64,000 bases of DNA from Octopus vulgaris (lineage: Eukaryota), in NCBI GenBank assembly GCA_951406725.2, contig OX597818.1:63178001-63242000 (forward strand). Reading direction: 5' to 3'. Within the stretch, counting starts at the first letter, position 1; each line of letters opens with the position of its first letter. This document shows positions 27,718 to 41,852 of this stretch, in pieces. The translations under genes and the position numbers were made by a program. Under the pieces are notes generated by a model. The model saw only the letters and a program-made list of their open reading frames with translations, ran no database searches and had not been told where the DNA came from.

Positions 27718-28564
27718 ATGGGAAGAAGAAGAAAATTGAGAACCTGACGTATAGACATCAGTTTATTCAAAGATATTCGAATCAATATAATATGAAATTC
27801 ATATCCCTACATTCGTTTCCACATCTAATTAATTACATAAGAGAAATTTAATTAAATTTTCATATTGAAACTGGTTAATTGGGTATTTCATCAGGGGAGA
27901 ATTTTCAGAAACGTGTTATACGTTCTAACGTGTAGGTTGACCCTCGTGGAATATCTTTGAATCGACAATGTCTATACATCAATTTCTCCATTTCTTCTTT
28001 CTCTCATTCATAAATATCTTGAATAGCAATATACACATATGCAAACCTAAACTATTTAGCATTCACTGAACACAGGTATAAACCGGAAGCTAGGATACAA
28101 ACACACCTTAAAGGATTATAGGTTCTTGGCATTTGTATATATAAACGGCTGTGGTGTGATGGAGTAGGATGCAATCAGTACTTCTCACCTTATTTTCTCT
28201 CCCTAATATACTACACAGAACATTTAGAAATCTTAAAGATCTATGTATCCATACAAGTCGAACTATCAAACATTCAAAACCGAGTAATTCTACTACTTTG
28301 AGATACGCACACAGATTGTGAAAATTCTACACACATACAGAATGAAATATCGTTAACCTTCAGTAGAACAAGACAACCACCATAATTATTCTAAGTCACA
28401 AACAGCCCATACACTGATACTGTACATCCACAGATCAATATAGATATATAATTTACACCTAAACACAAGTTCTAGCTCGAGCTCCACATACAGACACGCA
28501 TACACACAAACACGCAGATACATTAAGCTAACTACATTATATAATTACGCACATATATATGTAT

Positions 28565-28626
<62 letters not shown>

Positions 28627-29179
28627 ATATATATATGTATGTATGTATGTGTATATGCCTCAGGACACTCCTGCATATACGTATATTCTTCCACTATGCT
28701 TATCTACTACACACTCACGACATAAACGTATCGCATATCGTTACACATCGCATTCAGTCAAACACATATATATATACATATACATATATATAGTCAATCT
28801 ACATCCCATCAATACAAACACGCAAATGATTTGTTATTGTGCTCACAAGGAGATAGTTGGGTAATTACATGGACAATTAGACAGAGATATAGATATACAG
28901 AAATACTTATTGATCGACAGCTCCACATAATGATAAATATGTCACACCACTGCCAAATAGATGGACTGTTAGCTTAGCTCTCTAAATATAAATTTAACTA
29001 ATGATATATAAGCATATTCATTGGTAGTTTGATAGACGGTGGTAGTTACGGACTTAAGGTCAGAGAGATATATTTTTAGACTCATACGTACTTACGCATA
29101 AAGGTTTATATAAAGTAATGTAAAAATAGCCATAATCATTTTGAAATGATATAGGTTTTGCAAAGTTCATATGTCGATA

Positions 29180-30205
29180 CACTAGATATTTCCTTATACA
29201 GATGTGCTGCTCAACATCATAAGTGGAAGTGTACAGCCCAACAAGAGATGTATTTACGGGTCATCTTTGGAAAATCAGTAGTGTACTGCGATACTTCATA
29301 CTTTACTTCCAGTTTCACATCTTCTGTGTGATGACATCGTTAAATCGTTGTCCCGAATAATGCGTCTTATTCAAACGAACAGGTGAATGTCGTGAGTCAC
29401 TGAAACATGTATTCAGACTGTACATAGATTGGAGAGCCATTGAATATTCATATATGGAGATTGCTTGAATTTGTTGCTAAAGGTGTTTATAGCCATGCAT
29501 TTCCATGCTAAACGTTTATATATTACTGAATTTTCTCCTGACTCATTCTATTAAAGCTTTTTCCGAAATTTCTGAGTGCCTCAATGTGCCAGTCGCTCTT
29601 CATCATACAAGCATGTTCCAGAAAATCAATGACTATACGGCTTTTGTTATACCCTAACAGTGTCACCATGACTTCCGTTGTCGATTGCGCTAACGAACGG
29701 GACACCTTTGGAGAACATATGTGACACCTTTCTGAATCGTAATGATAGGTAGGTACACAATACGTAAGAAGGTATTGAATATACAACTGGCATGCCTCGG
29801 GATTTTCTCCGAGGAGGTTTGTAGCTAAAACAAGGCCAAAAAGGAAACAAAAATGCTCTATGTGCATAGCCCAACTGTCCACTGAATAACTAAAATATTT
29901 ACCTGCTGTTGAACGTGGAGTTTAAAAAAAGGTTGGAGAAAACCTGTATGCTAATGCTACTTACACAGAAAAAAAAAGTGAGTGAAATGCCATGTTCAAT
30001 ACGATCAAGTAGCCATTGTTACTACAGAAAGAAACACAGGAAACCTGTGAATATAGAAATCTGCTTCAATTAACAAGTACAACCCGTAATTGATAACGAA
30101 TTTAAATTTCACACAGCTGATTGGATGCTATTGCAATTAAAAAGCAGCCCACCACACAAAAACACTACGCAACAGAGAAATCAGCAGTCAAAATCTATCC
30201 CTCGT
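29180..30205 (-). mobile_element. Decayed mariner transposase remnant
   Basis: YHYDSER and STTEVMVTLLGYNKSRIVIDFLE resemble mariner HHYDPE and SAGKVMATVFWD..IDFLE. Possible TIR end ccctcgta near 30205. Confidence 0.55.
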
Positions 30206-30822
30206 AAATGTCCTAAAGCAAGGGTGTTAAACACAAACATCTAGAAAGTAGGTTTATAGTTTCGATGAACTTTTAAGTTAATGGCCACAACATTGAAGAA
30301 ATAGAAAAAAAAACAGACAGGTAACATAAATAACATTTTATTTTATCAATTAAAATATATTATTCGAAACTTTAGCGGATCAATTGTTTCCAAAAGTCTC
30401 AAAAGCATCATGATATTTGATTTTTAATGTTTTAATGAAAGATATATTTAATACGAAAATATTTCAAAATTATTTTGCCAGATGCCGCCATTATTTTCTC
30501 TTTTAATCTAAATCTTTTTGTTTTTTCAGCATATATACTTTCTCTTCATTCTTAATCTTAATTTACCTCATTTCTCTAAAGTTATTTGAGAGAACATAAA
30601 TAAAGATTCTTCGTTTTGCGATTGGTAAATTTCCTTCTATCACTGAATAGTATTCCTTTTTGGTGCCTGCTAGTGAGGAAAACAAACCGGTTCCAAATGT
30701 ATCTACCAGTCCAGCAGATGTATCTAGGGCGGCTTAACACGCGTTTTGCCATAAACGAGATCTTATTTCTGCTGTTGACAACAGTGAAAAGGAAATATCT
30801 AAGTTTCAAATGGTTTTAAGTT

Positions 30823-30846
30823 TATCTATCTATCTATCTATCTATA

Positions 30847-30881
<35 letters not shown>

Positions 30882-30930
30882 ATATCTATCTATCTATCTA
30901 TCTATCTGTCTGTATGTCTGTCTATCTACC
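30823..30930. repeat. (TATC)n array without insertion
   Basis: Direct inspection. Confidence 0.95.
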
Positions 30931-31589
30931 CGTGACTCCATCAGTCTGCATAAATGAATCAATGTATGTGTATGTGTACACACACAAACACTAATATATA
31001 TATAAAGATATATGTGTGCATGTGATTGTGTTTGCGACTGTCCGTAATATGTGTGGTTATGCTTGTGTGTCAAAGAATTTTACCTCCGTACAAGTGGAAA
31101 TATAGGTGGTTTGCGGGCTTTAAAAACTGTGCCTGATTCTTAAAGCAAGTTTTAAAATGCCATACCGGTTTCAATACTTTTCCTGTTTTTCGGAGGTACA
31201 TTAAAAAATGAGAGGAAAACTATTGGAATATATTCGATATCGATGAAGTGCCCGAAAGTCATACATTCTATAGGTTTTGCAGCCAGATTATATTTTTGAT
31301 TATTGAATGAATTTGAGAAATATGAGAAAAAAAATTAGTTAAGTTGGAATGGTCGATAAGCCTCATTCTTTTAATACATGGCAAGATTTTGAAAGATCAA
31401 TAAGTGCCAAAGCCGTTTAGATTCGATGAAGTCTTTACAGATGTAAAATAAATTACGAGTCCTTTCGAGCTACCTCAAGAACAATTCTTCGTCGTTTGCT
31501 GTACTTCAAGACATATTACTAGGTTTCCAGGCAATAATTCTTTGTATATGTGAATTTCAATACATTGGTTCACATTCTGATTGTCATTT

Positions 31590-31890
31590 ATTGCCCGCCT
31601 AAATTTCGCATCCTGGTTGGTCGCTGTCTATGCGTCATATATTTATAATATGTTCTGATTAATTAATTTTATTCAAATAGAGTACAGCCGGCGGGAAAAA
31701 GTTCCTTCTAAACTGTTCGAGTCCCTGTCATTTGCTTTTTATACAACAGTCTTTGCCCTGACTGGTGGATTATCCGTCGACGGCATTTGTCTACTAAATG
31801 TCCTGATTACTTGATGTTGGTCTCACGCTTCGGTTGGCTGAATTGAATAAAATAATCTCTGCACATCTAACGTCACGTGACGTTTGTCTT
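31590..31890. promoter_or_regulatory. Candidate cis-regulatory cluster
   Basis: 16-bp perfect palindrome aacgtcacgtgacgtt (31869-31884; E-box/CLEAR with CRE half-sites), E2F-like ggcgggaaa (31690) and tgcgtca (31631) in non-repeat sequence. Confidence 0.3.
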
Positions 31891-32899
31891 TGTTTCTTTT
31901 CATGAATGCTTGGTTTCAGCGAAAAACAATTGGTTAATATAATCAAATCGTCTTGAAAAATTGCAATTATATAATAGTTTAAAATTTAGGGTTTCGAATT
32001 CAGAAGAAATCCTCAACCTTTGATTTGCAAATATTATTTAGTTTCGTTATTTTAATTTCATTATTGTGATGTGCTGGCAATTTCTTTTTACCCTCGCTGT
32101 ATATTTCTTAATAACATATTTTCTTATTTACTCAGAATTACAGTAAACTGTAACTCCTACTACTAGAATATTTGTTTCTTGGATACACATCTAAATATTT
32201 ACGCAATGTTATTTTTCTGCTTTTGTATATCGTATCTGTTGTGGGTGTATCGTTATTCTGTGCCATAGAGTTAATCCCGTAGGGTAAGGTAACTTAATAG
32301 CCTTTGATTATACGAGTTTCTTGACGCACAAAGAAAGCTTCTAAGTTCTTACATTGTCAATATTATATATGTGTGTGTATCTGTGCGTATGTGTGAGTGT
32401 GTGTACATGCGTGTGCGTATCTGTGTAATAATGTAAACGTTAGAAGTGGTGACCTTCAACAGCCGACAATTCCATTAACGTAATGCTATTCATATTTATA
32501 TAAAGAATTTTGTACGTAACTGTGTAAACGAAGGAGAATATATCAGATCATATTCGTGTATTACTGTCATCAATTCTAAAGAATTACCTACGTGAAATCA
32601 TTACGTTTACAATGAAAATATTCTTTAATAAAATCTGGTATTCATTTTGGAATGTTTGATCAGAAATATAAACGGTCATTGAATGAACGTCAGTGCTATG
32701 GATATGCATCTCTGGAGTCCGTTTGCATCAGTGTTAATACAGAATGAAGTTTCTTAGATAAGCACAATTACCTGCAAAGAAGTGAATGCTTAGATGTGTA
32801 TTTTTTCCGTCTATTTGTAAAACTGTAACTTTAAAGATGTCAACACATGTACGAAGATGGACGGGTAATTTCACAAACACAAACACACACACACACACA

Positions 32900-32941
<42 letters not shown>

Positions 32942-34971
32942 TCTTGGTGAAAGCTTCCTGTTCGCTTTACTGAAACTTACTGTGAAGAAGCAGAATAAAA
33001 CCTTTCATTTCACCAACAGATTCGTGCTGATCCTTTTCCATGCCAAACCGATTCATAAGTGGTCCCCGCTCTATTCTCTTCAACGTCGTTTTCTGTAGCC
33101 ACAGAAAGAGAGAGCGAGTGAGACAGGACATTAAAAAGGAGCTTTAAAGTGTCACGTGGCATATTGATTTTCATAGCCTCCATCCATGTATTACTATCCA
33201 CCTCCCACTATTCCTCTCATTAAATGTGCATTTCATGTTCTTTGAATCTCCTTTGCCTTATTCAATAGGAGAGAGTGAGAAAGGAAGGAAGGAAGAAAGA
33301 GAAGAAAAACAGAATAACTGACACTCCTACATTTAGTAAACATATACATACATACACATGCACATATATATTTGTGTGTATATACATATATATATGTATT
33401 TATATACATACATATATATACTTATACACACACACCAACACATATATTTACGTATATATGTATATAGTTATTGTCTGCCCTTTTGCAAGGGAAAGACCAG
33501 ATACACAATATAGACAATATACAGATATATATATATATACATACATACATACATACATACATACATACATACATACATACATACATGCATACATATAGGC
33601 GTTTCTATGTGTCGAAACATACTTGCCTGTGTGTATATGCATGCGCATATATATACGTACAAACACACACACACATTTCATCCCTCATCTTTTAATAGCC
33701 ATTTACACATTTGCATTGAATTGCGCTTCACATGCAAAAGCACTGTGGTTCTGCCAAACATACATGCTTGCTAGATCACTTCTAAATGTAAATGGTCGGC
33801 GTATTGGCAATGTTCTACTTATCAACATGATTCAAACACTACCTCGTCGTCATTACGGCTCTTTCTTTTCATCTGCTTATTCTATAAAAATTTCTGCTTC
33901 ATCGAGCTAGCGAAATATATACAACAACGATTAAAACCTTAAGGCTCATATTTTAAATCCTCTCCCGTTGACATTATCATGGCTTCCCTCCTATAAACTA
34001 CACTAATTATTACGCATACTCATTCATCCTTTAAATTGCAACGTTGTGTAATCCTATCTCCATTCAGGCTTTTCTCGTAAAGGCTTGTTTCCACATTGAG
34101 AAGCTGGCAATACACCCCCAAGGGAAGATGACAAAGAAGGCGTATCATCAATGCCCCGATGTATTCTGACTGTATATTGTATATTGACGCTGGCAATTTT
34201 TTTAACCACTAAGCTTTTTTCTGTATAAAAACGAATCGGCTTTGCGATGCTGACTTCGTAGGTAAAAAGCAAATGTTTCGCGTTATGCTATGACTGAGAT
34301 AAATTTATAAGAAGTTACCCGGCCTCAAGTAAACTTGCCAATGTGATGATCAGTTATAGTAACATACAAAAGTACAGCATTACAAGATTTGAAGAAGAAG
34401 TATAACAGAATTAGTGAATGTATATATTTAAAAAGAAACTACCATACACGTGTGCTCAAATGCAACTGTGATCATCTAATAATCTATTAAATGATTAATA
34501 TAATGCATATATGTATTCTTGCATAACGGTAAAAACCATTGGAAGCACTAAAATATAGGTTTACATTAACAACCAAGATTAAATTTACGCGGTCGGTTGA
34601 TCTTGTGATATTACCAACCAGATATTCTTGCATTATGTAGGGAACGCCACATTGCAAATGATCCCTTCAGTATATATATATATATATATATGAGTGAGCA
34701 AATTGGGGAATAATTACAAGATAGCTAAATGTTCCTTAAGTGTCCTAGGAGAAAATTAATAGAGTTGTTGTGTGTCTATTTTCTAAGTGTTGTTGTCAAT
34801 ATTTTTCCTGCTGGCATTGATGCATATTTGATCATAATTCTTCCTGTCGTAGTATTTAGAATGCATCCATTGAAACATATGGAGAAGATGTGAAGATATA
34901 TACGTTTTAGTGACATCCCGAACGTTTATCTCCTTTTTCAAATGTTCCTATATCTATCTATCTATCTATCC

Positions 34972-35040
<69 letters not shown>

Positions 35041-35200
35041 GACAGATATGAAGAGGTACTGTAAAGTTCCTGGGGTTGGGTAATAGGAGGACAAGTTAAT
35101 TATTGAACTATTCAACCTATCACCTCTAAGATTCCCACACACGTTGCACCTCTAACCAAGACTCTTAATGCCAGCGCAACCTTTCAGAACAGCCTATATA

Positions 35201-35242
<42 letters not shown>

Positions 35243-35867
35243 TTTAAATACCATCATTTAACGGTATCTACAATGCACCTGAGACTGCAGTAACTTCTTT
35301 GCAGTATTTTCTACGGCTGGATGCCCTTTCTACCGCTACTGCTCTTATAGTACACCTTCCGCGCCACAAACACATGTGACGTTGTTATGTCATTTAGACT
35401 GCAGCTTATCTAAGAACAGAGAAAAAGGAAGGGTACAAATTTCCCGATATCAAATTGAAGTATTCGGGAGAGGAATGTGAAGGTGGGTGGTTTTACGCCA
35501 GTTCTTGCAGAAAGGCTGAAATTTGACATAAAAACCAGTTCTTGTTTTTTACTATCGATGGGGTACATGGCTGAAGTATATAACAGGAAAGTATTCTTGG
35601 GATCTAGGGCAAACGCTCAATAAGCGAGGGAAGATACAGGCAGAATACGGGAAGATAAAGGCGGCAGCTAGGGGAGGCTGTGAGAGAGTGTCAATGCTTT
35701 GATAGGAGTGTAAGTTAAGTAGGTGTAGTTAGAGGTAAATAAAAGGAGTGATGTGCAAGAGTGGTGGGAAGATGATGTGAGATTTCTATATGTGCAAAAT
35801 GTATTTGTGGGGACGTGCTTACCATTTGAGCTTAGTAGAGGGAAAGGGGATATATGCATGCATATAC

Positions 35868-35911
35868 ATGATGATGACGACGATGATGATGATGATGATG
35901 ATGATGATGAT
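35868..35911. repeat. (GAT)n microsatellite
   Basis: Direct inspection. Confidence 0.95.
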
Positions 35912-36572
35912 CCTGTCTCCTCTCATCACCGAACGAACTTTTACAGATTCTCTACGTGAATTTTCTACTCTCGTACACTTCAGCTGCACCACTCCTGTCT
36001 ATGGATTACACTGGACATCTGTATATATAAAAATATATATATATATTTATATAATATGCGTACATATATATATATATACATATATGTATATTGAAATATA
36101 TATATATATATATATATAAGTACGAGATGTCCGGGGATCGAGTTGTTCGACTAAAGGCGGTATTCCAGCATTGCTGTAGTCAAACAATATATATACATAC
36201 ATACATTTAAATGGAATAATGAATTATCCTTTGTTTACCGTTATTTACTTATACATGCATATATACATAAATACATCCATCTATCCATCCATCCATCCAT
36301 CCATCCATCCATCCATCCATACATACATACATACACACACTCACACATACATACATGCATACATACACACATACATACATATATACATACATACATACAT
36401 ACATACGTACATACATATATATATATATATATAATTCATACTATACAACGCTAATATAAATCCAATGCTATTAGTTTAGCGAGGGGAATGCCTTAATAAT
36501 TTCCACTTAGAAGCGTACAAGTGAGTTTAATAACAGCAGGATACTTACAGAGACGAAAGCATTACTTTAGAC

Positions 36573-36779
36573 CAGGGGTGGGCAAACTACGGCCCGCCAT
36601 AGGTTTTCATGCGGCCCGCCGAGAGGAATATTTCACAAAATTTCCTTTCAATCAATTGTGTGTTTATAGGTCTATAACCGCCTTTAAAAATATTTTCACT
36701 TGATTTTTATAAATGAGGCCCGCCAAGGTTCCAAAGACGTACTGTGCGGCCCGCGATCAAAAAAGTTTGCCCACCCCTG
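36573..36779. mobile_element. hAT (Charlie-like) MITE
   Basis: Perfect 16-bp TIR caggggtgggcaaact; perfect 8-bp TSD ctttagac (36565-36572 / 36780-36787); repeated ggcccgc subterminal motifs. Confidence 0.92.
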
Positions 36780-36894
36780 CTTTAGACCAACAAACACTTC
36801 CCTCACCAAAATAGCCTAAACCTTATTGCACCTGCCTTCTGACTGATTGACTGCGTGATTTTGCTTGTAAACGTATGCGACTGTGGCTTGCTTT

Positions 36895-37320
36895 CTATTC
36901 TACTCTCTTTTAATCGTTTCAGCCATCGGGGATGCGGCAATGCCTCGGCACTGCCGTGCAGGTTTTAATCAGACAAATCAATTGCTCTTCGATCCCATCT
37001 CGTACTTTTCTAGCGCTCAACTTTACTGAATCACTATGCTGCATAATCATCAGCTAACCAAAGTATATTTCCATGCAGTGGGGCTAATACATATACAAAC
37101 ATACACACACACACAAACACACATAAACACACACGCATATATAAAACCAACAAACAAACACTCGCACACGTGTGCACTGAGACATCCGCTCATTTTCTGT
37201 GCAGCCATTTAATTCACAAATTATTGGTCAACTCGAATCAATAGTAGAAGATATTTGTCTAGAGCCTGAACCTGAAACCACTTGCTTGTAAGTGAGCTAC
37301 TTAACTACACAGCCAAGACT
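36895..37320 (-). mobile_element. Degenerate internal-microsatellite SINE
   Basis: tactctcttt tail, central CA repeat and gagctacttaactacacagcc head. Confidence 0.5.
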
Positions 37321-37440
37321 CTGAAAACAATTTGGTAATTTTCTGCGGATCAAAGTAGCTAGTTATCATATCTCGTATAGTAACTATACGAGACGGTGAC
37401 GTTTTCATTTTAGCCACTATAACATATTTATTCTATAAAG

Positions 37441-37655
37441 ACGCCATGATAGATCGTTAGCCACTACACACACTTTTTCTCTTCTTTTTTTCTCTCCTTG
37501 TTTCTCTCCTTGTTTTTTCTGTGTCCCTTTCTGTAGAAGAGCGTAGACTCGAAACGTAAAAGACTTTTCCTATTCCTGAGCGTTATACTAATACATATAT
37601 TTGTTTTGTACACCACCTGCCTTCGTCTTTTGTTTTCTTCGTAATCTTTCCCTAG
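37441..37655 (+). mobile_element. Short interspersed repeat with hammerhead-like motif (Penelope terminus-like)
   Basis: Reverse-complement match to 42413-42607; contains ctttCTGTAGAagagcgtagactcGAAAcgtaaaag. Confidence 0.6.
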
Positions 37656-38038
37656 TCTATAAAGAACTATGTTATTACATTTTAACCCCAGGAATAACGT
37701 TTGTTTCCAGCTGGTTAACCACACATCCTCCTCCAGCTTGGTAAGACGATCAGTAGCAGGCAGGTGTCCAATGCCGATGAAGGGTAAAGACCTAAAAACG
37801 ATGGTCTACTGGATTTGCCAAGCAGGGGTTGAGTTTTGGCTCCCTTACTCACAATATTTCGGATACAGATTATATGAGGGTCTTTTCTATTAAGACATTC
37901 AGTGACTTCACTATATATGAATTTTCCTATATGCACACAGAGTCGATGCAAATGTACATTAATATTATACATTATTGATACAAAACAGGTTGAAGCTTAT
38001 GTATAAATGAGCACGGATCAGTATATCTATATCTATGG

Positions 38039-38077
<39 letters not shown>

Positions 38078-38082
<5 letters not shown>

Positions 38083-39107
38083 AGGGGATTAGTGGAGGGG
38101 ATGTACGACGACGAGCTCGGGGCGAACCTGGACGTCGACGAGGAATACCTGACCCGCCTGTTCAGGACGACTTTCGGGCCAGGGCCCCTGGACAACTTCC
38201 AGAGATCCCTGGCCTGGCAGTGCTACCGAGAAGCGCTACCCGCTCGGGATAAGCTCTACAGACACGGCTCTAGAAACACGGGGCCGACCTGCCCGAGATG
38301 CGGTCAGAGCGACGAAACCGTCCTGCACGCACTCGTGCAGAGTCCAACAATTTCCGACAAGTGGGCTTATGTCGAACAACTGCTGTCACGTGTGGGACGA
38401 GTCGGTTTATCAGCTGAGTCTATCGTCAATATTGTCACACCTCCTTCTTTCAAACGGGAAGGAAGAGCTATTTTCATCATCCTTGTGGCTATGGCGAAAG
38501 AATGTATCTGGTGGACGCGTCTGAAAGGATTGGAGACAAACACTTTCCTCTCTGGTCAACCTCTCATCAACTTCTTCAGTACCACTTGAAAAGGAAAGTG
38601 AGAGTAGAGAGGCAAGTTTTGTCTAGCGAATGTTTTAAAAAAAGATGGGTGAATGTAGCAAAGATGGCACGTATGAATGACGAAGCCACCTTGAGCATAA
38701 TCCTATGATTCCAGAAATTGAAAACAGAGGCTTACTCACTTGCAAACAAATGTGGTAACATATAACAATATTGACCAAGGTTACCGTGGTCTTTTTCGTA
38801 GGCTTTTCTTCCCACGGATAAACCTTACTTTCTTTCCCCTTTACACCATATATCATGACACTGTGATACACGATCCCTATTCATCGTTTTTTTCCCTCTT
38901 TTTTTTTTTCTCTTTTCATTTTTCTTTTCTTTTGTTTATTTTCCCTTTTTTTCTTTTTTTCTTTTCCCTTTTCCTTTTAATCCCTTTAACGATCCCTTTT
39001 TATCGAAAACCTACCCTATCTTTTTTTTTCTTTCATCCCCCAAAAGAAAAGTTTTACCTTGTAACTTGTCTCATCTGTGTGCAGCCCTGTGTGGCCAATA
39101 TAGAAAC

Positions 39108-39108
<1 letters not shown>
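38078..39108 (+). mobile_element. Tx1/L1-group LINE, 5'-truncated copy B, inserted in (TATC)n
   Basis: Highly similar to 55835-56868 in the coding part, with a 1-nt frameshift near 38578 and a more divergent 3'UTR. Ends gccctgtgtggccaatatagaaact; (TATC)n on both flanks. Confidence 0.9.
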
Positions 39109-39161
<53 letters not shown>

Positions 39162-39182
39162 ATCTATATCTCTACCTACCTA

Positions 39183-39213
<31 letters not shown>

Positions 39214-39226
39214 ATCTATCTATCTA

Positions 39227-39299
<73 letters not shown>

Positions 39300-39331
39300 C
39301 TATCTATATATTTATCTTTATATATATATAT
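39109..39331. repeat. (TATC)n/(TA)n array 3' of LINE copy B; the 5' part is at 38024-38082
   Basis: Direct inspection. Confidence 0.97.
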
Positions 39332-39334
39332 AGT

Positions 39335-39745
39335 TGTGAACGTGTGGTAATAAGCTTGCATCCCATCAACATGTTTCTGAGTTCGGTCCCACTTTGTGGC
39401 AGCTTGAGCAAGTGTCTTCTAATGTAGCCACAGACCGATCGAAACCTTGTGACCGGATTTGGTAGACAGAAACTGGAAGATGGCCATCATGTGTGTGTGT
39501 GTGTGTGTGTGTGCGTGTGTATATGTGTCTTTGTGCTTGTGTCTGTCCCACTAACATCGCTTGATAACAGATGCGTGTGTGTTTATGTAACAGTAACTTA
39601 GCAGTTCAGCAAAAGAAACCGATAGTATAAGTATATGGTTCTAAAAAACATAAGTACTTAGGTCAATAATTTCGACAAAAAGATACTTTCAGTCGGTGCT
39701 CCAGAATGGCTGCGACCTAATGAATGACACAGCAAAAAAGAATGA
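39335..39745 (+). mobile_element. Internal-microsatellite SINE, diverged
   Basis: ggatttggtagacagaaactg, internal (TG)n and cggtgctccag motifs. Confidence 0.7.
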
Positions 39746-39972
39746 AATTCGGCGATAAATAGATAGAGACAGATAGAGAGAGAGAGAGAGAGAAAGGTAT
39801 ACACATAGACAGACAGACAAACAGACAGATAGTAAGATAGATAGATAGATACATACATACATAGATAGAGACAGACAGCTAGCTAGATAGATAGATAGAA
39901 AGATAAGCTTGCTTTATTCGATGCTGTAAACTTTCCGTCCTTGAACACTTTTGTTACTTTCTAGAAATGTAT

Positions 39973-40035
<63 letters not shown>

Positions 40036-40068
40036 TATAGCTATAGATATAGATATAGATTTATATTC

Positions 40069-40099
<31 letters not shown>

Positions 40100-41655
40100 T
40101 ATATACATATATATATATATGTATATGCATATATATATGTGCGTGTGTGTGTATAGGTGTTCATGTTGCATACGTACATATATAATAAAATGTACACACA
40201 CACACAATGTATATGTATTTCTTCGTTATATATTTTGTATGAGTATCGAATATTGTACATGTATGCAACGTACACGTTATTATAAATGAATGCGTTGCGT
40301 TGTGTGCATTGAGATGTGTGTGCTTCCACCAGGAATATATGCGATTCGTGTCAGTATAATTTTTAGTATCGTATCAATGCATCAGATACACACTCAGGCA
40401 AAAACAAGCACACAGTATATATATATATACACGTTTGTATATGTATATATGTATATATATATATTATTCATGAACATAGGTCAAATTGTATTTCCTTTTT
40501 CGATCTTCGGAAGTCAAATTTATAGTATGGTTAGTCTTCTGGTTACATTCTATGTTAATATGATATCAATTGCAGCTGGTCTGTATCGATTCGGAGTTAG
40601 ACGAATAGCGTTTTGTTAGTATCAAATGAATATTTGTTTCTGTTCCGACTTTCTGATTAATATCAAGCAGTTCTCTGGGCGTATTTACAATAGTATGGGC
40701 ACTTACAGTCAAGTGCCAAAGAAACTGATACATATCACTTTTCTGACTGTTTACTTCAGCCTCTTCCACATTTCCCCCTGTAATGGATTTAAATAAATGT
40801 AAATGGAGATGCACTAACCGTTAATATTTTTGCTAGAGGTGATTAATTATTTGAAACTACGAAGTATTATCTACATAGCCAACCATGTAAAATTACCATA
40901 AAAAGTTAAGTCTAGTTATATGCATATATTCTTAATATTGAGTATACAACCAAGAAACTTACACAACCGTCCAAAGGAGTGTATACAGAGGTAAGACACT
41001 GAAGCATACATGTTACAGTTCACTTGATTCAAGTTTTATTTAATCTATGCACGCCTAATTTAGTATAAAATACATTATGCAAACCCACAAGTGCAAATAT
41101 ATATACATTTGTACGGATATGAGTGCCCAATGCTTGTACTTACGTATGTATGTGCGCATATGTGTATGTATGCATGGATGCATGTGTGTATCTATGCACA
41201 TATATATGAATGTGTGTAAGTTAGTAGGTGCGTTTTGTATGTCTAGGAGCACCGGCGTTTCGATTCATCTTTTGTGTCAATTTTCTATATAGCAGAAATA
41301 ACCTCTTCAACAGTGCGTCACGTTTCCCTTTCTATTTATTGTTTTACAAAGGCTTCCTATGGTGGAGAATGTTCGTAGTAACGGGTCATGTATAAAACGT
41401 TTACATTCACGGAGGAATTTGCGGAGATATTCGCGCAGATTTACGTAGATGAAACTTCATTTGGGATAGTTTGCATTTCCAGTGGCCCAGGGAGTAAAAC
41501 AGGGCCCTCTACTCACTCCAACGCTATTTCTACAATAAGTGAAAGACATGCTTAAAACTTTGGAATGATTGTTTATCATCACATACATGATGATACGCTG
41601 TTAGATATATCCTGATTCAAAATATAGATGTAATATGTAATATAGATGTAATAAT

Positions 41656-41821
41656 AGGCGCAGGAGTGGCTGTGTGGTAAGTAGCTTGCTAACCAACCAC
41701 ATGGTTCTGGGTTCAGTCCCACTGCGTGGCATCTTGGGCAGGTGTTTTCTGCTATAGACTCGGGCCGACCAAAGCCTTGTGAGTGGATTTGGTAGACGGA
41801 AACTGAAAGAAGCCCGTCGTA

Positions 41822-41852
<31 letters not shown>

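Noticed and set aside
27845-27910. CTGATGA hammerhead core on the minus strand; also ctgaagatggc near 5250
   Set aside because: No convincing stem II/GAAA/stem III arrangement.
34085-34170. Possible exon or Gypsy RT fragment (MTKKAYHQCP)
   Set aside because: Short, ends in a stop, and has no other supporting motif.
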